Positions 25,780 through 34,440 of a stretch of DNA of 42,444 nt are shown here, in pieces. How positions within the stretch are numbered: the stretch's first letter is position 1; every line of letters begins with the position of its first letter. The notes below the pieces were generated by a model, which was not told the origin of the DNA, did not search any database, and saw nothing but the letters and a program-made list of their open reading frames with translations. The DNA is taken from IMG/VR virus record IMGVR_UViG_3300012347_000185, positions 1 to 42,444 of that record; one strand, given 5' to 3'. Origin of the DNA: a virus. Made by a program: the position numbers and the translations under genes.

Positions 25780-28218
25780 GTGTCTTATAGTTACGTTCAG
25801 TATACCGGAAACGGTACGCTTGCCAACTACACATTCCCGTTTCAATACCTCAGTGCTGATCACGTCAAAGTCAAAGTGGACGGTGTCACAGCCATCTACA
25901 GTCTGCTGAACGCTAACACCGTCACCATTACTCCAACCCCCGCACTGGGTTCTATTATTGAGATCCGAAGGGTTACCCCTAAGGAAAACACCATTGTCAA
26001 CTTCACGGATGGCTCAGTCCTCCTTGAACGAGACCTGGACCTTCTCGCTAAATTTGACCTCTACATCGCTCAGGAAGCTGCAGACGCTGTTGAGGATACG
26101 ATCAGCAAGGATGCCCTTGGCCGCTGGGATGGCCAGGCTTTGCGTCTGGGTAACATTTCCCCCGCGATCAATGGCGATGAGGTCGTTATCAAGGAGACTC
26201 TGGACTACGAGTACCCCGCAGTTGCCCTCGTGGCATCTGAGCGAGAGAACATTGCCATCGTTGGTTCGGATCTGGGTGCTGAGACGACAGGTAACTCAGA
26301 TCTCGGATTGATTACTGAGGCTGTTGATTCCACTCCTGCTGAAGGCACAAGCCGAATTGTTGTAGTGGCCACTAATATCGATGCCGTTAATACCGTAGCA
26401 GAAAGCATTGAGGACATTCGAGACTCAATGACCTACTACGGTGCTACACCCCCCACTAGTCCTAGAGATTACAAGCGTTGGGTCAGTTCTGATGATGGCC
26501 GCGAGTATATGTGGCTCAATGACGGAGATTCCTCACAGTGGGTTGAGATTGGGGCCGCGTTGACTCCGGGGGTTGTTTCTGACGGAATTGTCACTGATGC
26601 TTCCGTCAGTACCGAGTCGAAACTCTATAATAGAATTTCTGAAACGGTAAGCCTACGAGATTTCGGTGCGGTGGGTGATTACACAACCGATGATTCTGAT
26701 GCTATCGAACTCGCGTTGGCTTATGTTTCATCCACTGGCGCAACCCTCTTTGTACCTAGAGGGGTGTACCGACACTCTCGCTCGTTTGATCTTCCCGCAG
26801 ACTTAGTACTGTATGGCGAAGGCGCTACTAAGATTGCGCATTTTCCACAAGTAGGCGGGGATAAAAGTAAACTTCGACCAGGATACAAGCACAAAATTGG
26901 TGGTTCAGTATTTATCTTTGATGGCACCGCAGACAAGACATACACGACCAACCGATCAGACCGTTACTCTTCTTTCAGTTATGTCTGGGGGTACAGGAAC
27001 TATTCCGGCTTTGATATTCGTGATGTATCCTTCATTCTCGATTGTGATGTGTACACATCAGGTGGAGTATTGACGACTGCAGCAAACGATAATAAATCAA
27101 TTGCTGGTTCAATTTTTGTGAACAATGGAACGCTTGGCTCTTTCCAAAACGTTACGATGTTTGGGTATACCAGTAATGCTGCGTATGTTTGTCACAATCA
27201 AACAGGCGGAACAACTTACGATAACGACTATATCCAGTTCTCAGGGAATTCTCTGATATCTGGGGGTGTGGCCATTATTGGGCATGATTCTGCAGCAGGA
27301 GCCTCGACAGAAGGGCTAACAGGCAACAGGTTTGTTGGTGCAGGCATCTACGGTGGGGACCACCATTATCGACCAGACGGCGATTACACTCGCCCAGCAA
27401 TTTATATTGATGGCCACATGGGAACAAGTGAGCAGGACGGCATTCGTGGCCACACATTCACGGCCTGTAATATTCGAACCTATGCCAACAGTTCTATCCT
27501 GACAGATAACTGCAACGACATCTCGTTTGTCAACTGTGTCTACGAGTTTCCAGCTCTTGCTGGTGTAGCTAACGCTGATACAACGGGGGGTTTTGTTGGA
27601 ACTACTGGGACCAAACGGTTCAGGGTCTTTGGCGCTGCAGCAACAGATGCAGCAAAAATGTTCACTTATCTATCATCTATTACTGGGCCTTGGCAGTGTA
27701 TCGGCGCAGGGGGATACGATGATGCAACGTTTGGCTATCAAGGTAATTTCATCCGTCTTCAAGCGTCAGCAACCCAATCAAACGTGCAGTTTGGTAGCGA
27801 CCTTTCTACAACAGTTGGGGGTTGGAAAATTGAGAGGGTTGTGAGCACAGGAGAATTGAGCTTCAAGTTAGACGGGGCTTCAAAATCCACAATGTATTCG
27901 GACGGACGCTTTCAACCGGATGTGTCCGCACCAAAGAAAAATAGGTGGGAGCGCAGCTCTTTGGTCATGTCTGGTGGAGCAATCACCGTTACGCGAAGCT
28001 ACCATTCAGTTACGGCTGGAACGGGTGCAGCGTTTAACGTAGAAACTATCAATGGTGGAACGCTTGGAGATACGCTATATTTGCAGGCAGGTCTTACCGC
28101 CGAACCCATGACATTGAAAATCACTGGGGGCAACATTCGTGGTGCTGCCGATAAAGTTGTTAGCGGATTCACTAGGGCACTCCTGGTATATGACGGCTCG
28201 TTCTGGGTTATCTATTAA
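25780..28218 (+). CDS. Tail fibre/tailspike: T7 gp17-like N-terminal adaptor plus beta-helix (pectate-lyase-like) domain
   Basis: GTG start with GGAG RBS. The N-terminus YVQYTGNGTLANYTFPFQYLSADHVKVKVDGV is gp17-like. SLRDFGAVGDYTTDDSDAIELALAY is typical of pectate_lyase_3-type spikes. Confidence 0.88.
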   Translation: MSYSYVQYTGNGTLANYTFPFQYLSADHVKVKVDGVTAIYSLLNANTVTITPTPALGSIIEIRRVTPKENTIVNFTDGSVLLERDLDLLAKFDLYIAQEAADAVEDTISKDALGRWDGQALRLGNISPAINGDEVVIKETLDYEYPAVALVASERENIAIVGSDLGAETTGNSDLGLITEAVDSTPAEGTSRIVVVATNIDAVNTVAESIEDIRDSMTYYGATPPTSPRDYKRWVSSDDGREYMWLNDGDSSQWVEIGAALTPGVVSDGIVTDASVSTESKLYNRISETVSLRDFGAVGDYTTDDSDAIELALAYVSSTGATLFVPRGVYRHSRSFDLPADLVLYGEGATKIAHFPQVGGDKSKLRPGYKHKIGGSVFIFDGTADKTYTTNRSDRYSSFSYVWGYRNYSGFDIRDVSFILDCDVYTSGGVLTTAANDNKSIAGSIFVNNGTLGSFQNVTMFGYTSNAAYVCHNQTGGTTYDNDYIQFSGNSLISGGVAIIGHDSAAGASTEGLTGNRFVGAGIYGGDHHYRPDGDYTRPAIYIDGHMGTSEQDGIRGHTFTACNIRTYANSSILTDNCNDISFVNCVYEFPALAGVANADTTGGFVGTTGTKRFRVFGAAATDAAKMFTYLSSITGPWQCIGAGGYDDATFGYQGNFIRLQASATQSNVQFGSDLSTTVGGWKIERVVSTGELSFKLDGASKSTMYSDGRFQPDVSAPKKNRWERSSLVMSGGAITVTRSYHSVTAGTGAAFNVETINGGTLGDTLYLQAGLTAEPMTLKITGGNIRGAADKVVSGFTRALLVYDGSFWVIY

Positions 28219-28235
28219 AATATGGAACAATAATA

Positions 28236-29156
28236 ATGGCACTTAACTTCCCCGCCTCTCCCGTACTCAACCAAGAGTACACCTTGGGTGGCAAGACGTG
28301 GGAGTGGAATGGAACGGGCTGGCAACTCCAGCCAGTCTCTACCGATGCAGCAACCCTAGCAGCAGTCAGCGCAGCCACGGCTACAACCAAGGCAAGCGAG
28401 GCTTCTGCTTCGGCAACTTCAGCGGCTTCCTCCGCTTCCTCCGCTTCTTCTTCCTCACTCTCATCCGCGTTTTCAGCTTCTATCGCTGCTACGTCTTCCG
28501 ATAACGCCGCAGCTTCTGCAACCACTGCGACCACCCAGGCATCCAACGCTGCTGCCTCAGCGACATCTGCGGGAACCAGTGCGACCAATGCGGCCACTTC
28601 GGCTACCGCTGCGTCTACCTCAGCATCTAATGCTGCTGCCAGTGCTGCCTCCACGGCTGCTCTGTTGGACAGCTTTGATGATCGCTATCTTGGCCCTAAG
28701 AGTTCTGCTCCTACGCTGGACAATGACGGCAACGCCCTGGTTGTTGGTGCCCTGTACTTCGATACGACTTCAGGGAAGATGCGTGTCTATACAGTCAGTG
28801 GTTGGGTGGATGCATCCTCCGCTGCTCAAGCAGCCCTGACGGTTTACCGCTACACTGCTACAGCGGCTCAGACTGTCTTCAGCGGAACCGATGTAAACGG
28901 TGTAACCTTGGCCTACTTGGCTGGTGGTATCGTGGTCTCCCTCAACGGCTCTGTGATTGTTGGTGGTGGAGATGACTACACCGCAAGCAATGGGACATCT
29001 ATTGTGTTGACCTCAGGAGCAACTGCAGGTGACACGCTTGAGATCTACGCATTCGCTAGTTTCTCTATTGCAAGCCTTAACGGTTCGGCCATCGTGGACA
29101 GCACGGTCACTGTGGACAAGCTGACTAATATTATTGATCTTGGAGTTCTTCCTTAA
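28236..29156 (+). CDS. Tail fibre-like protein with Ala/Ser/Thr repeat shaft
   Basis: 306 aa. About 100 aa of A-S/T-S-A repeats, then DDRYLG...LDNDGNAL.VGALYFD...KMRVY..SGW, a recurrent phage-fibre motif. Confidence 0.75.
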   Translation: MALNFPASPVLNQEYTLGGKTWEWNGTGWQLQPVSTDAATLAAVSAATATTKASEASASATSAASSASSASSSSLSSAFSASIAATSSDNAAASATTATTQASNAAASATSAGTSATNAATSATAASTSASNAAASAASTAALLDSFDDRYLGPKSSAPTLDNDGNALVVGALYFDTTSGKMRVYTVSGWVDASSAAQAALTVYRYTATAAQTVFSGTDVNGVTLAYLAGGIVVSLNGSVIVGGGDDYTASNGTSIVLTSGATAGDTLEIYAFASFSIASLNGSAIVDSTVTVDKLTNIIDLGVLP

Positions 29157-30358
29157 TGTCTAAGCAACTTAAACTTCGCCGTGGTACTACGGCACAGCAC
29201 AGCACATTCACCGGAGCAGAAGGTGAAGTGACTGTGGATACCACTAAGGATACTCTTGTGGTTCACGATGGGACGACTGCGGGTGGTATCCCTCTGGCCA
29301 CGGAGGCTTCGGTTACCTCAAAGCAGCCTTTGGACGCTGAGCTGACCACTCTGGCAGGGATGTCCTCAAGCCGAGCCACTTATCTGGCAAGCACTCAAGG
29401 CTTTGGCTTCCGTAACCGCATCATCAACGGTGATATGCGGATTGACCAGCGTAATGCTGGTGCGAGTGTGGCTGTTGTATCAGGCTTGGCGTTTCCTGTA
29501 GACAGGAATCAGGTTGTTGTAAACGCAGCTTCAGGAAGTACGGCTCAACGCTCAACACAAGCACCGGCAGGTTTTACAAACAGTCTTGTTGTAACGATAG
29601 GGACAGGAGCATCCCCAACAGCATCGCAACAAGGACGCATCCTTCAACCAATTGAGGGTTTAAATTGCTCAGACCTTGCGTGGGGCACTGCATCCGCAGC
29701 TCCTGTGACAATTTCGTTTTGGGTTAGAAGCAGCGTTACCGGAACATACGCTGGTGGTTTATATGGCGGCGGCGCTTACATCTTTACTTACGCTATTTCT
29801 GCTGCAAACACTTGGGAATACAAGACTGTCACGATTCCCGGGCCAACTACAGGGTCATGGCCTACAGACAACTCTGCGTCCATCAACGTCAACTTTGATC
29901 TTGGGACAGGCTCAAATTACCAAGGAACTGCGGGTTCTTGGACAACAGGGGCGCTATGGTCTACCTCGTCCTCGGTAAAACTGTGCGCCACATCTGGAGC
30001 CACCTTCTACATCACAGGCGTACAGCTTGAAGCTGGCAGCGTTGCTTCCCCGTTTGAGCGCAGGGACTACGGGCGTGAGTTGATGATGTGCCAGCGGTAT
30101 TATGTGGGGACACAATTTGCTGGCGGTTTTGCTGGTTGTTACACCACAAACGGCTGGATTACAGGGGCTTTTTCTTTCCCGGTACAGATGCGGGCCGTAC
30201 CAACGGTTACGTTCACTGCGTCAGCGGCAGGAGTAGTGGGGACACCTTCCGCCAACGGGACAACTGCAACTGGATGCAGAGCGACGATTAGCGCAACCGG
30301 AACAGTGAATGCAAACGCCTACATTGACTCCTTTTATTCAGCAACGGCGGAGCTTTAA
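29156..30358 (+). CDS. Tail fibre-like protein, Mtd_N/hyaluronidase-repeat-type N-terminus
   Basis: LKLRRGTTAQHSTFTGAEGEVTVDTTKDTLVVHDGTTAGGIPLA is the common phage-fibre N-terminal module. TAATG overlap with the previous gene. Confidence 0.75.
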   Translation: MSKQLKLRRGTTAQHSTFTGAEGEVTVDTTKDTLVVHDGTTAGGIPLATEASVTSKQPLDAELTTLAGMSSSRATYLASTQGFGFRNRIINGDMRIDQRNAGASVAVVSGLAFPVDRNQVVVNAASGSTAQRSTQAPAGFTNSLVVTIGTGASPTASQQGRILQPIEGLNCSDLAWGTASAAPVTISFWVRSSVTGTYAGGLYGGGAYIFTYAISAANTWEYKTVTIPGPTTGSWPTDNSASINVNFDLGTGSNYQGTAGSWTTGALWSTSSSVKLCATSGATFYITGVQLEAGSVASPFERRDYGRELMMCQRYYVGTQFAGGFAGCYTTNGWITGAFSFPVQMRAVPTVTFTASAAGVVGTPSANGTTATGCRATISATGTVNANAYIDSFYSATAEL

Positions 30359-30360
30359 TC

Positions 30361-30534
30361 ATGTACCAAGAAATCACATTTATCGGGCAAAAACAGAATT
30401 CCGTTAAGCGTATTGCCGACAATGCTGTTATCCCTTTTGACCCCGCCAACACAGACTACGCTGAGTACCTGAAATGGCTGGAAGAAGGCAACACGCCTAT
30501 CCCGGCTGACACCCCTGAACAGGGAGGTGTATGA
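30361..30534 (+). CDS. Small hypothetical protein (57 aa), fibre-cluster accessory
   Basis: Not in the ORF track (below 60 aa). ATG 2 nt after the previous stop and ATGA overlap with the next gene. Contains DPANTDYAEYLKWLEEGNTP. Confidence 0.5.
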   Translation: MYQEITFIGQKQNSVKRIADNAVIPFDPANTDYAEYLKWLEEGNTPIPADTPEQGGV

Positions 30535-31022
30535 GTAATGCACGACTCCTCTCAGCGACCAAGCCTCTGATATCCGGGACATCCCAAGCGACCACCAGTG
30601 GTACCTTCAAAGACTTCACGGGGATTCCCTCGTGGGTCAAAAGGATCACTGTGATGCTCAACGGGGTGTCTACAAACGGGACGGCACAGGTTGGAGTCCA
30701 GCTAGGTGACTCAGGTGGTATTGAGACCTCCGGTTATGTTGGAGGTGGGTATGACGGCGCAACGACATACGCAACACAGAGCACATATTTCAGCGACAAC
30801 ACCGGGGCTTCCACGACTGTCCGCTACCACATCTACACGCTGACGTTAATTGATGCGTCCACAAATACTTGGGCGTGTCAAATGCTGGGTGGCTTTTCTG
30901 TGGTCGGCTTTCGTGGGTTTGCTGGAACCAAGGCGCTGACAGGAACGCTAGATCGCATCCGCATCACCGCAGGCGGCACAGACACCTTCGACGCTGGCTC
31001 CGTCAACATTCTTTACGAGTAA
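30531..31022 (+). CDS. Hypothetical structural protein (163 aa)
   Basis: Translationally coupled. Gly/Thr-rich and beta-like, ending DRIRITAGG.DTFDAGSVNILYE. Lies within the fibre cluster. Confidence 0.6.
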   Translation: MSNARLLSATKPLISGTSQATTSGTFKDFTGIPSWVKRITVMLNGVSTNGTAQVGVQLGDSGGIETSGYVGGGYDGATTYATQSTYFSDNTGASTTVRYHIYTLTLIDASTNTWACQMLGGFSVVGFRGFAGTKALTGTLDRIRITAGGTDTFDAGSVNILYE

Positions 31023-31025
31023 CCA

Positions 31026-31241
31026 ATGGAACTAGAACACCGCATCATTAAGCTGGAGCTGAAGGTGGATGACCACGCAGAGGAACTGAAGAAACTTCAA
31101 GACATCTCTGCGGATCTCCGTAAGTCTCTTGCAGGTATCGAGAAGACACTCGCTCAGATCAAGTACTTGGCCATGGGTGCCGTGGCTGTCGTTGTCTCTC
31201 AGTCTGTTGGAATCGACAAAGCTCTCAAACTATTCCTATGA
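31026..31241 (+). CDS. Small membrane protein (coiled-coil N-terminus, C-terminal TM), T7 gp17.5 position
   Basis: 71 aa. Hydrophobic segment YLAMGAVAVVVSQSVGI. Lies just before the small terminase gene. Confidence 0.55.
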   Translation: MELEHRIIKLELKVDDHAEELKKLQDISADLRKSLAGIEKTLAQIKYLAMGAVAVVVSQSVGIDKALKLFL

Positions 31242-31504
31242 CCATGAACAAAGCTGACGAGAAGGCTCTTGGTAGCCTTCACGGTAAGCTGGCAGAGGTA
31301 TTGAAAGATGCCCTGTCTCAGGACTTCACTGATCCTGAGACGGGGATCTCCATGCCCCCTGCAGCTATCCTCAACGTTGCCCGACAGTTTCTGAAGGACA
31401 ACAAGATTGAGGCTGTGGCTGCTCAGGGTTCCCCTCTGGCTGACCTTGCCGATCTCCCCATCTTCGAGGACGACAACATCGTCCCCATCCGTAAATCATC
31501 CTAA
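31238..31504 (+). CDS. Terminase small subunit (T7 gp18-like), positional call
   Basis: 88 aa (T7 gp18 is of similar size). ATGA overlap with the upstream gene. Upstream of the large terminase gene. Confidence 0.55.
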   Translation: MTMNKADEKALGSLHGKLAEVLKDALSQDFTDPETGISMPPAAILNVARQFLKDNKIEAVAAQGSPLADLADLPIFEDDNIVPIRKSS

Positions 31505-31725
31505 TGTACACAATCTACGGCAGATCTGGCTGCGCCCCCTGCATGGCCGCTAAAGACCTCATTGGTTCTACAGGGGTTGAATTTACCTATGTCGATGTCA
31601 TGGCTCTCCCAAAAGGAGAGTTGGCAGACTTCCTCTCGAAGGGATTCAAGACAGTCCCCCAAGTATTCTGGGAGGATACCCACATTGGTGGACTTGATGA
31701 CCTCCGCAGGCACCTAATTAAATAA
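31504..31725 (+). CDS. Glutaredoxin/NrdH-like redoxin
   Basis: 73 aa. CAPC active site near the N-terminus, TVPQVF..D.HIGG.DDL. Confidence 0.85.
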   Translation: MYTIYGRSGCAPCMAAKDLIGSTGVEFTYVDVMALPKGELADFLSKGFKTVPQVFWEDTHIGGLDDLRRHLIK

Positions 31726-31809
31726 GCCCACAAGGCTTTTTCTGAGGTTACCCTACCTACCCCCTAGGTAACCTTGGAAAACGTCTTCTAGCCCCCTTAA
31801 AATCAATCT

Positions 31810-33471
31810 ATGACCCCATCCAAACATCCAGCCCTGGCAGACTTCAGGGTATTCATGTTCCTCGTGTGGAAACACCTTGGTCTCCCAGAGCCTACTCCGG
31901 TTCAATACGACATTGCCCATTACCTACAGAACGGACCTAGACGATCCGTCATCGAGGCCTTTCGAGGGGTAGGCAAGTCTTGGATCACCTCAGCGTTTGT
32001 CTGCTGGTTGATCCTGAACAACCCCCAGTTGAAGATCCTGGTGGTGTCTGCCTCCAAGGAACGAGCTGATGCCTTCTCCACATTCGTCAAGAGGTTGATC
32101 AACGAGATCCCCATGCTGCAACACCTGAAGCCTCAGGATGGCCAGCGGGACTCTGTGATCGCCTTTGATGTGGGACCAGCTACCCCAGACCACAGTCCCT
32201 CGGTGAAATCCGTGGGTATCACTGGGCAGATCACGGGTTCCCGTGCAGACATCCTGATTGCTGATGACGTGGAGGTACCCAACAACTCCTCCACCCAGAT
32301 GATGCGGGATAAACTCTCGGAGGCTGTCAAGGAATTCGATGCGATCTTGAAGCCTGGTGGCCGTATCCTGTACCTCGGTACCCCTCAGACAGAGATGTCC
32401 CTGTACAACCAGCTCCCAGAGCGTGGCTATGAGGTCCGTATCTGGCCAGCCCTGTACCCAGAGTTGCAGCAAGTGATCAAGTACCAGGGCAAACTGGCCC
32501 CGATGATCACCAAGGCACTGGAGGCTTCTGCAGATAACGCTGGGATGCCTACGGACTCCAAGCGATTCGACGAGGCAGACCTGCTGGAGCGGAGAGCTTC
32601 CTACGGTAAGGCAGGCTTTGCCCTCCAGTTCCAGCTCGACACGTCTCTGAGTGATGCCGATCGATACCCTCTGAAGGTCTCAGACCTGATCATCCAGAAT
32701 CTGGGTCCTACCATGGGGCACCTGAAGTTGGCATGGGCTGCTGCACCAGAACTGTGCATCAATGACATCCCCAATGTGGCTCTCACAGGGGACAGGTACT
32801 ACCGACCCATGTGGCACTCTGACGATATGTCTGAGTACACCGGGTCTGTCATGTCCATCGACCCCTCTGGTCGTGGTAAGGACGAGACAGGCTATGCCGT
32901 GGTCAAGGCTCTGGCTGGTAACCTGTTTCTCACAGAAGCTGGAGGGATCACCGGAGGCTATGAGCTGGAGACACTCGAAGCTCTGGCCTATGCAGCCAAG
33001 AGGAATCAGGTCAAGTACATCGTCATCGAGGCTAACTTCGGTGATGGTATGTTCACCCAGCTCCTCAAGCCTGTCCTTCAGAGGATCTACCCCTGCACTG
33101 TGGAGGAGGTAAAGCACTCCACCCAGAAGGAAGCCCGTATCATCGACACCCTTGAACCTGTGATGTCCACACATAGACTCATAGTGGACCAGAGGGTGAT
33201 CCAGAAGGACTTCGACACAGCTAAGGATGTCAAGTACTCCCTGTTCTACCAACTCACCCGTATCACCAGAGACAGGGGAGCCTTGGTTCATGACGATAGG
33301 TTGGATGCCTTGGCTATTGCTGTGAACTACTGGACCGAGACCATGGCCAGAGACAACGACAGAGCAGCCTCAGATATCCGTGGGACAGCCATAGATAAGG
33401 AACTGAAGAAGTTCATGGGGAGTGTCCTAGGGATGAAACCTAAGGCAACCTCATGGATGTCTAGATCCTGA
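31810..33471 (+). CDS. Terminase large subunit (T7 gp19-like)
   Basis: 553 aa. Walker A-like FRGVGKS, ILIADDVE Walker B. Last gene of the structural block. Confidence 0.93.
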   Translation: MTPSKHPALADFRVFMFLVWKHLGLPEPTPVQYDIAHYLQNGPRRSVIEAFRGVGKSWITSAFVCWLILNNPQLKILVVSASKERADAFSTFVKRLINEIPMLQHLKPQDGQRDSVIAFDVGPATPDHSPSVKSVGITGQITGSRADILIADDVEVPNNSSTQMMRDKLSEAVKEFDAILKPGGRILYLGTPQTEMSLYNQLPERGYEVRIWPALYPELQQVIKYQGKLAPMITKALEASADNAGMPTDSKRFDEADLLERRASYGKAGFALQFQLDTSLSDADRYPLKVSDLIIQNLGPTMGHLKLAWAAAPELCINDIPNVALTGDRYYRPMWHSDDMSEYTGSVMSIDPSGRGKDETGYAVVKALAGNLFLTEAGGITGGYELETLEALAYAAKRNQVKYIVIEANFGDGMFTQLLKPVLQRIYPCTVEEVKHSTQKEARIIDTLEPVMSTHRLIVDQRVIQKDFDTAKDVKYSLFYQLTRITRDRGALVHDDRLDALAIAVNYWTETMARDNDRAASDIRGTAIDKELKKFMGSVLGMKPKATSWMSRS

Positions 33472-33479
33472 GGAGATCT

Positions 33480-33499
33480 ATGGTTGCCCAATTGGAAAG
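33480..33499 (+). promoter_or_regulatory. Candidate phage-RNAP promoter, copy 4 (ATGGTTGCCCAATTGGAAAG)
   Basis: 9 nt after the terminase stop. Confidence 0.55.
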
Positions 33500-33619
33500 G
33501 TTACTTTCTGAGGGAATATCTTGAGTGCGAATAGCTACTTGAGGTACCGGCTTTAGCTGGCAGGTCCTCATGTCGTGCTCAGGATGCTCCTTAGGGGGAC
33601 CTGGCGATATGGGCACCAA

Positions 33620-33696
33620 CCCACTCTCTATTCTAATTATAGATGCTGTAAGCAAATTGTAAGCTCCCAGTATCTGTAAATAGAATAGAGAGAGGG
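33620..33696. repeat. 16-bp inverted repeat (15/16) with 45-bp spacer
   Basis: CCCACTCTCTATTCTA (33620-33635) and TAGAATAGAGAGAGGG (33681-33696). Confidence 0.7.
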
Positions 33697-33754
33697 AACA
33701 GGTAGCCTATATCCGCTAGGATACCCTCTATAGTATACAATTCTAAGATAACTT

Positions 33755-34174
33755 ATGGATATACCAAAGGATAGACCAGAGGCTTTGTCTCTAGGTATGG
33801 ATATTTATTACGGTAATGAGTGTAAACATTGTGGTACCACAGTAAAGAGAGTCAAGAAGTATGACTGCCTAGAGTGTCACAGGGTTGCTCGTAAAGGCTA
33901 TCTCAAGGATTTCCGCAAGACTCCTAAGGGGAGGGCTGTTAGACGCTCTCAGAAGATCCTTAGAGACCGTACACAACGACAGGCCATGCCTCCTTGGGCT
34001 AACCGAGAGAAGATCCTAGAGATTTATCTGAAGGCTCGTGAGATGGGGATGCATGTGGATCACATCGTTCCGTTGAACCATGGGTTGGTCTGTGGGTTAC
34101 ACAACGAGTTCAACCTACAGCTTCTTCCGCCAGACGAGAACATTGCCAAGAGTAATCTCTTTGAGGTGTCTTGA
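33755..34174 (+). CDS. HNH endonuclease (second copy, unrelated in sequence to the first)
   Basis: 139 aa. Cys pairs CKHC...CLEC, then HVDHIVPLNHGLVCGLHNEFNLQLLPPDENIAKSN (H-N-N/H core). The surrounding segment is AT-richer. Confidence 0.85.
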   Translation: MDIPKDRPEALSLGMDIYYGNECKHCGTTVKRVKKYDCLECHRVARKGYLKDFRKTPKGRAVRRSQKILRDRTQRQAMPPWANREKILEIYLKAREMGMHVDHIVPLNHGLVCGLHNEFNLQLLPPDENIAKSNLFEVS

Positions 34175-34440
34175 GGGGTCCAGAATAATTTGGTAGAAAA
34201 ATATGTGACCTATACCGCATATTGTCGAGCGGCTGAGTCCCCCTCGGCCCCTACCGTGTGCGCCCGGGCGATCCACGCACGTTGACGGGCGCGGTATTGC
34301 CTGCCCGATACCGCCCACGTTGACACGCGAGGTGTCCCAAGGGGCTGTAAGTTGTTGATTTCATTGGAGTTTCACTAGCTCAGAAAGCTAGTTGGCACCA
34401 TGCGCGTGACATCCTGCGGGTGTGCGAGGTTGTCCCAAGG

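Noticed and set aside
28208-28654. 148-aa minus-strand ORF rich in Ala/Glu
   Set aside because: It is generated by the complement of the GCN/TCN codon repeats of the fibre shaft, so it is not independent evidence of a gene.
29156-30358. Diversity-generating retroelement target (Mtd-like fibre)
   Set aside because: Only the common N-terminal fibre module resembles Mtd. There is no reverse transcriptase gene and no template/variable repeat pair anywhere in the genome.
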